64,000 bases of DNA. Source: Minisyncoccota bacterium (lineage in GTDB: Bacteria; Patescibacteriota; Microgenomatia; PFEM01; JAFGMK01). Below the pieces are notes generated by a model. It was not told the DNA's origin, searched no databases, and was given only the letters and a program-made list of their open reading frames with translations. The position numbers and the translations under genes are program-made. Below, one piece after another: positions 58,213 through 64,000 of the stretch (the first letter of the stretch is position 1; each line of letters begins with the position of its first letter). Location: the NCBI GenBank assembly GCA_016927565.1, contig JAFGMK010000024.1, forward strand, positions 6,105 to 70,104, read 5' to 3'.

Positions 58213-59289
58213 CTAAATTTCAGCATTTCTATTTTTCCTGCCTCTTATTGCTTCAATTCCGGGCAAAGTGCCACGCTGAGCCAAAAAATCAAGCATTGCC
58301 CCTCCGCCTGAACAAACATAATCTACTTTATCAACCAGACCCAGCTTGGTCAAGGCCGCCTCAGTATCACCACCGCCGATAATCGAAAAGGCCCGGGAAT
58401 CAACAATTGCCCGGGCTACTACTGCCGTTCCCTTCCGGTAACAGGGCGTTTCATAAGCTCCCATTGGCCCGCTCCAGATTACCGTTCCGGCCCCTTTTAT
58501 AATTTGGGCAAACTCTTGAGCAGAATCCGGAGTGATATCTTCGCCATTTTTAGTTAAATTGGCTTTAACTTTGTGATGAGTGGCTAATTCCACAATTCCG
58601 TTTAATTCAACTAGTTCTCCCCCGACTAAAATGGCGTCAGCCCAGCCCAAGAGAATCTGGCCGGCAACTGCTTTGCTTTTTTTCCGACCGCCCAAAACAA
58701 CCACCACCGGCCGCCGGGGATTTTTAAAAGTTTGGCCTAAAATCCGGGCTTCTTTCAAAAAATTGAAGCCCAGAGCCGCCGGCAGAAACTGAGGCACCCC
58801 CACGATTGAGCTGTGTTCCCGATGAGAAACCGCGAAAGCCTCATTAACAAAAACATCGGCCAGGCCGGCCAAACTGCCGGCAAACGAGCGGGTATTTTTT
58901 TCTTCTTCCGGGTAAAACCGCAAGTTTTCCAAAATCAAAATCTCGCCCGGTTTCAAACCGGCCGCCTTTTTTTCGGCCTTTTTTCCCAAAACAAAGGGGG
59001 AAAAGCTCCATTTGATCTTTGCCGGCAAAAGCTTTGAAAAAGCTCGCGCCACCGGTCTGAGACTAAGAGCGGCAACTCTTTTTCCTCCCGGCCGGCCCAG
59101 GTGAGCCATAATAATCAACTTGCTTTTCTTTTTTATAAGCCAGTTAACTGTTTTTAAAACCTGCCTCAGACGAGTGTCGTCAGCCACCAAAACCTGCTCC
59201 TCTTTGACAATCAGGGGAACATCAAAATCAGCCCGAAGCAAAACTCTTTTATCGGTTATTTTTAAATCGGCAATTGAAGGCAATTCCAT
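58213..59289 (-). CDS. pgk: phosphoglycerate kinase
   Basis: RADFDVP, HLGRP, LENLRF, GGGDT, SGGGA. Confidence 0.95.
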   Translation of the reverse strand: MELPSIADLKITDKRVLLRADFDVPLIVKEEQVLVADDTRLRQVLKTVNWLIKKKSKLIIMAHLGRPGGKRVAALSLRPVARAFSKLLPAKIKWSFSPFVLGKKAEKKAAGLKPGEILILENLRFYPEEEKNTRSFAGSLAGLADVFVNEAFAVSHREHSSIVGVPQFLPAALGFNFLKEARILGQTFKNPRRPVVVVLGGRKKSKAVAGQILLGWADAILVGGELVELNGIVELATHHKVKANLTKNGEDITPDSAQEFAQIIKGAGTVIWSGPMGAYETPCYRKGTAVVARAIVDSRAFSIIGGGDTEAALTKLGLVDKVDYVCSGGGAMLDFLAQRGTLPGIEAIRGRKNRNAEI

Positions 59290-59310
59290 AGTCAGCTAAA
59301 ACCTGCCGGG

Positions 59311-59880
59311 CTATTCATACTCAGTAAAAATCTCTTTTTTTTCTTTCTTTTCTTTTCGAATTCGTCTCACGATTTCTTTGACCATTTTAACCGGATCGGT
59401 TTCAAAAAAAACTTTCCCTTTCCCTTTTTTGGCTACCTCAAGAATATGACTTATCTCGTCTGCTATTCCGCCCGATCCTTCTAAAACACCGGCAATTTCG
59501 TTTTCTTCAAAAGCACAGGTAAATTCGTTCAAAGTGCCAATCCGGCCGGAAATCACAATGGTCGCATCGCAGCTTCTCACCATTAACAGATTGCGGCCGG
59601 TATAACCCGATTTAGTGTAAACTACATAATCGAAGTGTTTGCTTTCCGGCAGCCGGAAACGACCGACATGTTCTTGTTCTGATCCGGCCGGTGAAAAACC
59701 AACTACGATTCCTCCGGCTTTTTTAGCTGCCTTGGCAGCTTCAAAAGAAACACCCACCGTTGCTCCGGTTACTAAAACATGGCCTAATTTCGCCACCTCC
59801 CGGCCAATTACCTGAGCCAAATCCTTAGCCTTTTGGCTATGACCGGCGGCAGCTCCGGAAATACAGATTTTATAGCTCAT
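59311..59880 (-). CDS. LOG-family (nucleotide phosphoribohydrolase-like) protein
   Basis: LVTGA..G, RNLLMV, SGRIGTLNE. Confidence 0.85.
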   Translation of the reverse strand: MSYKICISGAAAGHSQKAKDLAQVIGREVAKLGHVLVTGATVGVSFEAAKAAKKAGGIVVGFSPAGSEQEHVGRFRLPESKHFDYVVYTKSGYTGRNLLMVRSCDATIVISGRIGTLNEFTCAFEENEIAGVLEGSGGIADEISHILEVAKKGKGKVFFETDPVKMVKEIVRRIRKEKKEKKEIFTEYE

Positions 59881-59900
59881 AATAAAATTAAAAAATAAAA

Positions 59901-60551
59901 CTATCCAAATGCTTGCGCCAGCTCTGCTAATTCTTTTTGCGGGTTTCGGGCTAAAACTACATCAGTGGCGACTAAAATCCCCTTCGCTCCCAGCCTGAGA
60001 CTTAATTTAACATCTTCCGGGGAGTGAATTCCAGCCCCAACCACAACCGGTAGCCGGGAAAATTTTAAAACAAAGTTTCTGATTGTCTCCGGTTTGGCAC
60101 TGGCCACCGAAACCTCACAACTGCCGATTAATTCTGCCGGCTCGTAAGCCAGAAAGTCGGGTTGAAACTTGACCAATTTCTGTCCCTCATCAATTGACTG
60201 ACAGCAAAGCAAACTTTTCAAGTTCAGATCCTTAAGCCGCCTGACAATCTTACCCACCGCTTCCGGAGATCGTCTTTTTTCCGAATGATTAAGAATGGCT
60301 CCTTTTGCCCCGGAATCTTTAATCGCTTCCGGCAAAATCCAACCGGTATGAGAACCATAGTTTATCTCATCCACATCTTGAGCCCAAACCGGCAAAGAAA
60401 CAGCCCGACTAAGCCTAAAAATGTCACTTGCCTGAGCCACTAGAATAACCGTCTCTCCTGTTTTTTTTGAAACCTTCTCGCAAATTTCAGCCAACTTTGA
60501 AGCTTTGGCTCCGGTTCCCTGTTGATAGGTCTTAAAATTAACAAAAATCAT
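59901..60551 (-). CDS. tpiA: triosephosphate isomerase, archaeal type
   Basis: VNFKTY, LNHSE, AYEPAELIG, VGAGI; start taken at MIFVNFK. Confidence 0.93.
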   Translation of the reverse strand: MIFVNFKTYQQGTGAKASKLAEICEKVSKKTGETVILVAQASDIFRLSRAVSLPVWAQDVDEINYGSHTGWILPEAIKDSGAKGAILNHSEKRRSPEAVGKIVRRLKDLNLKSLLCCQSIDEGQKLVKFQPDFLAYEPAELIGSCEVSVASAKPETIRNFVLKFSRLPVVVGAGIHSPEDVKLSLRLGAKGILVATDVVLARNPQKELAELAQAFG

Positions 60552-60553
60552 CT

Positions 60554-60754
60554 CTACTCCTCGAGCCGGGCGTAGAGACCGAAAATCGCCAAAACCGCCG
60601 CCACTAATAACCACTGAGTCGAAGCCAAAATCAGATCAGCGAAAATAAACCCCCAAGTCGCGGCAAAGACACTAAAAGCTGAAGCGAGCATTAAAAACAA
60701 AGAAATCTGATGCCATTGTTGTTTTTCAAAATTCATCTCTTTCACCCCCCTCAT
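60554..60754 (-). CDS. small two-TM membrane protein
   Basis: Two hydrophobic segments; lies in the operon. Confidence 0.7.
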   Translation of the reverse strand: MRGVKEMNFEKQQWHQISLFLMLASAFSVFAATWGFIFADLILASTQWLLVAAVLAIFGLYARLEE

Positions 60755-60765
60755 AATGCAAGAAG

Positions 60766-61257
60766 CTAAAATGTTCCTTCCAAAACTTTTTTTTCCGGCC
60801 GATCATCGTCTTCCGCCTCCAGAGTAATCAGAACTTTAAGCGAAGCAGCCTCAACTGTTTTCCCGGAAAAATCTAAAAGCCAACCGCCTTTTTTCTGCGC
60901 TAACTGCCCCAGTAAGACCATTTCTCCTTCCCGATTCAGCCAGGCTTGGTAAAAATGCCCCGGTTCAAGATCGGGCAAATCAGCCAAAATGGAATATTCT
61001 GTCCCGCTTTCCCGGCTCTGCCAGGTAACCAGTCCTTTCACCTTCCCGCTTTCAGGCTCAAAAAGGCCGAAATTATTTCCTTCTTCGGGAATCTCAATCC
61101 CTAACTGAGATTCGAGCTGTCGTTCTTCTTCCGGCAGAAGCGGGAGGCTGCCGTCCGGAGCCGCCGGCGCTTCGGTCTGATAGCGACGGAGAAAAAAGAA
61201 ACCCGCCACTGTCAAAGCAACCAGCCCAAAAATAACCAGTAATCCCCTACTCCTCAT
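60766..61257 (-). CDS. membrane-anchored protein with an anti-sigma (RskA C-terminal-like) domain
   Basis: TM plus LP......YQAWL...LG.L...ITLE...P..VLEG pattern. Confidence 0.6.
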   Translation of the reverse strand: MRSRGLLVIFGLVALTVAGFFFLRRYQTEAPAAPDGSLPLLPEEERQLESQLGIEIPEEGNNFGLFEPESGKVKGLVTWQSRESGTEYSILADLPDLEPGHFYQAWLNREGEMVLLGQLAQKKGGWLLDFSGKTVEAASLKVLITLEAEDDDRPEKKVLEGTF

Positions 61258-61303
61258 CGTGAACCTTTATATTCATGCAAACAGCGCGCCAACTCAGACA
61301 ATT

Positions 61304-62149
61304 TTAATAAAACTCTCCGGTTAACTTATCCCAATCAAAATTTCTTAATGATTGCCTGACAAGCGGCTTTTTCCGGATTTGGTCAAGCCGACTCTCAAAA
61401 CTGGGTTTCTTCTGTTGATAAAAAATCCCAATCGGAATCCGGCCGTTTTTAGCCAGACAAGCTCTTATTGCCCCGCCTCTTTTTAAATAGGGCCGGGCCA
61501 ATTTTTTAATCCGCTGGCGATAATAATCAAACGTCTGATCTTTGTTAAAAACAACACAGGGCTGTAAAACTTCAACCACTGCCAATCCCCGATGTTTAAT
61601 TGCCGCTTTTAAAATCTCCTGCAAGTGAGGAACATCTCCGCTGAAACCCCGGGAAACAAAGGTGGCCCCCGAAGCCAAAGCCAGCAATGCCGGGTCCAGC
61701 GCTTCAACTTTTTTACCCTCCGGAGTCGATTTTGACTGATAACCTAAAGAAGAGGTAGGCGATGCCTGACCGGTTGTTAAAGAATAAGAACTGTTATTGT
61801 GGATTAAAACCACCAAATCATGATTCCGCCGACAAGCATGGACAAAATGATTGCCCCCCTCACCCAAACAATCACCATCACCAGTGGAAACAATTACCTG
61901 AAGCCGGTGATTAGCCAGTTTAATCCCGACTGCAATCGGAATCGGACGGCCATGTAACCCTTCAAAAGAGGAAATTTTAGTAAAATTATTCATGTGGCCA
62001 TGACAGCCGATTCCGGCTACGAGAACCGTTTCCCCCGGATCGGCCCTTAAATCAACCAGGGTTTGTTTTAAAGCCTGCCACAAACCAAAATTGCCGCACC
62101 CGGGACACCAATTGGGAGTAACTTTTGTTTCGTAATCTTTAACAGTCAT
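61304..62149 (-). CDS. 2-oxoacid:ferredoxin oxidoreductase beta subunit
   Basis: WCPGCG, GIGC, HGR, GDGD...NN TPP motif, QPC. Confidence 0.95.
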   Translation of the reverse strand: MTVKDYETKVTPNWCPGCGNFGLWQALKQTLVDLRADPGETVLVAGIGCHGHMNNFTKISSFEGLHGRPIPIAVGIKLANHRLQVIVSTGDGDCLGEGGNHFVHACRRNHDLVVLIHNNSSYSLTTGQASPTSSLGYQSKSTPEGKKVEALDPALLALASGATFVSRGFSGDVPHLQEILKAAIKHRGLAVVEVLQPCVVFNKDQTFDYYRQRIKKLARPYLKRGGAIRACLAKNGRIPIGIFYQQKKPSFESRLDQIRKKPLVRQSLRNFDWDKLTGEFY

Positions 62150-62165
62150 CTGTATTCTTGGTTTT

Positions 62166-63884
62166 TCAGATTATACTTCTAATTTTTTTGACGATCTCCT
62201 CCGGATAAAACTGCCGACCGTCATATTTTAACAATTTATTCTTAATTTCAATTCCGGTTTGCATCTTAAGCCACTGGCCTAACTGACCCTGGTAGTTATT
62301 TTCAATCAGCAGAGTTTTTTTAGCTTTGGCCAAAATCCGGCTGACCGACTGAGCCGGAAAAGGCCGCAACCAATTCAGGTACAGAAAGTTGGCCTTTAAT
62401 TCTTTGATTGCCTCAAGAATCGGCCCTTTAGTTGAGCCCCAGCCAACTAAGGTCACTTCCGCCTGAGCCGGCCCGTAAAGACTGGGGGCGGGAATTAATT
62501 GAGAAAGACCGGCTGTTTTTTTCATTCTTTTTTCCAGCTGATCATTCCGGTTTTTAATTGATTCTTCAGATAAACCAAACTCGTTATGTTCGTCGGAGTT
62601 AACCTTAACGATCCGGCCTTCCCGGGGAAAACCCCGGCGAGAAATACCATCGTCGGCCAAACGATAACGCGGGAAGATCTCCCTTTCTGATTTTTTATTT
62701 GCCGCCGGACTGAAACTTGAAAGGGCCATCTTCCCCCTTTTAATATCCACTCTGCCAAAAGCCAACCTGGGGATTGTTCGGTGAGCCTCGCAGATAAACT
62801 TGTCAACTAAAACCACCACCGGTGTTTGATAAGTCTCAGCCAGGTTAAAAGCTTCGGCAGTCAGATAAAAACACTCCTCGGCGTCGCCCGGTGCCAGGAG
62901 AATCCGCGGATATTCACCCTGAGCGGCCGTGAGAGCATATAAAAGATCCTCCTGAGCTGTCCACGTCGGTATTCCGGTTGCTGGTCCGGCTCTCTGCCCA
63001 AAAATAACTACTAGCGGAGTTTCCGTGATTCCCGCCAGCGATAAACTCTCGCTCATTAAAGCAAAACCCCCACCCGAGGTTGCCACCAGAGAACGGACTC
63101 CGGCAAAAGCAGCTCCGATAGCCGAAGAAATTCCGGCAATCTCATCCTCAGGCTGAAAATAAATTATCCCTGCTTCTTTCTCGAACCGGGCAAGAAAATG
63201 CAGAATCGACGAAATCGGTGTCATCGGATAAATCGAGGCCAATTTGACTCCGGCAGCAATACTTCCCAAAGCAATCGCCTCGTTTCCGCCAATCAGCATC
63301 CTGGGCAAACTCTTTTTGGCTCCTAAAAAATCTCCCAAAGGCAAAAATTTACTTTTAGCAAACTCATAGCCGAGCTCTGCCGCCCGATGATTGCCGGCGA
63401 TTATTTCCTTTTTTTTGCTGGCAAAGACATCTGTCAGAACCGATTTTAAAATCTTTAAATTTCCTCCGGTCAAATAGGCTACCGCTCCCAGGGCCACGGT
63501 GTTTGCCATCAGCCGATGACCGGCTGTTTGAGCCAATTTCAAAAGAGGCACCGGCCAAAACTTAACTCCTCGAATTGATTCCGGCTGAAAACTATCCGGA
63601 TCAAAAATAACCCCGGCTCCCGGATTAAGCTCGTCCCGATGAAGAGTAACCGTTTCCTGATTTAAGGCGATCAAGAGATCAACATGATTGCCGGTGCAAA
63701 AAACCTCTTCAGCGGAAACAGTCGCGTAAAAAGTGTTATGGCCGCCCCGGACTAAAGACGGATATTCAACAAAATCAAAAGTCCAATAACCGGACCGGGC
63801 CGCAAATTTCGTAAAGATTTGGCCTGAAGACATGATTCCCTCGCCTGCCTGACCGCCAATTTTGAAGTGAAAAGAATTCTTCAT
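62166..63884 (-). CDS. 2-oxoacid:ferredoxin oxidoreductase alpha subunit (gamma-fused)
   Basis: GGQAGEG, YPMTP, EDEI, TSGGG, GWGST. Confidence 0.95.
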   Translation of the reverse strand: MKNSFHFKIGGQAGEGIMSSGQIFTKFAARSGYWTFDFVEYPSLVRGGHNTFYATVSAEEVFCTGNHVDLLIALNQETVTLHRDELNPGAGVIFDPDSFQPESIRGVKFWPVPLLKLAQTAGHRLMANTVALGAVAYLTGGNLKILKSVLTDVFASKKKEIIAGNHRAAELGYEFAKSKFLPLGDFLGAKKSLPRMLIGGNEAIALGSIAAGVKLASIYPMTPISSILHFLARFEKEAGIIYFQPEDEIAGISSAIGAAFAGVRSLVATSGGGFALMSESLSLAGITETPLVVIFGQRAGPATGIPTWTAQEDLLYALTAAQGEYPRILLAPGDAEECFYLTAEAFNLAETYQTPVVVLVDKFICEAHRTIPRLAFGRVDIKRGKMALSSFSPAANKKSEREIFPRYRLADDGISRRGFPREGRIVKVNSDEHNEFGLSEESIKNRNDQLEKRMKKTAGLSQLIPAPSLYGPAQAEVTLVGWGSTKGPILEAIKELKANFLYLNWLRPFPAQSVSRILAKAKKTLLIENNYQGQLGQWLKMQTGIEIKNKLLKYDGRQFYPEEIVKKIRSII

Positions 63885-64000
63885 TAACTTTCTATATTAG
63901 AAAATTTTATCAAGAAAGAAAAGGGGCTAAAACACACCAAAAACATAGACAGGTCTCCTTCGGGGTAAATTTACTTCTCATTCCCCTGATAATTCCTGAT

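Noticed and set aside
1-64000. Genome-wide UGA recoding (genetic code 25)
   Set aside because: Conserved genes are full length under the standard code and several end in TGA (for example gdhA, trxB, mutM).

Overview
A 64-kb chromosomal segment, mostly on the minus strand, read with the standard genetic code. Gene content suggests a CPR/Patescibacteria (Microgenomates-like) bacterium; this is an inference from the ATP-dependent ligase, stand-alone 5'-3' exonuclease, VirD4-like ATPase, tandem PBP1A, DUF5667, archaeal-type TpiA and the lack of biosynthetic operons. Housekeeping content: a redox cluster (DsbA, ferredoxin, GDH, TrxB/TrxA), transporters, DNA repair/replication genes (EndoQ-like, ligase, RecF, MutM, Xer-like), FtsH, TrpRS, three tRNAs, a class III RNR operon with two nrdD paralogues, and a glycolysis/DeoC/OFOR operon. 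Best hunting results: (1) an unannotated Trp-Trp leader peptide with a complete 1:2/2:3/3:4 attenuator upstream of a sulfotransferase-like gene and trpS; (2) an accessory locus encoding a STAND-like ATPase-wHTH regulator, an orphan-NadD/NMNAT-like fusion and an ADP-ribosyltransferase-fold protein, punctuated by a 61-bp direct repeat; (3) a dispersed GATCCCGGATC palindromic element, one copy in frame inside nrdG; (4) tRNA-Ile(UAU) and a degenerate initiator-like tRNA; (5) tandem intact NrdD paralogues. All protein calls come from motif recognition by eye; no database search was run.
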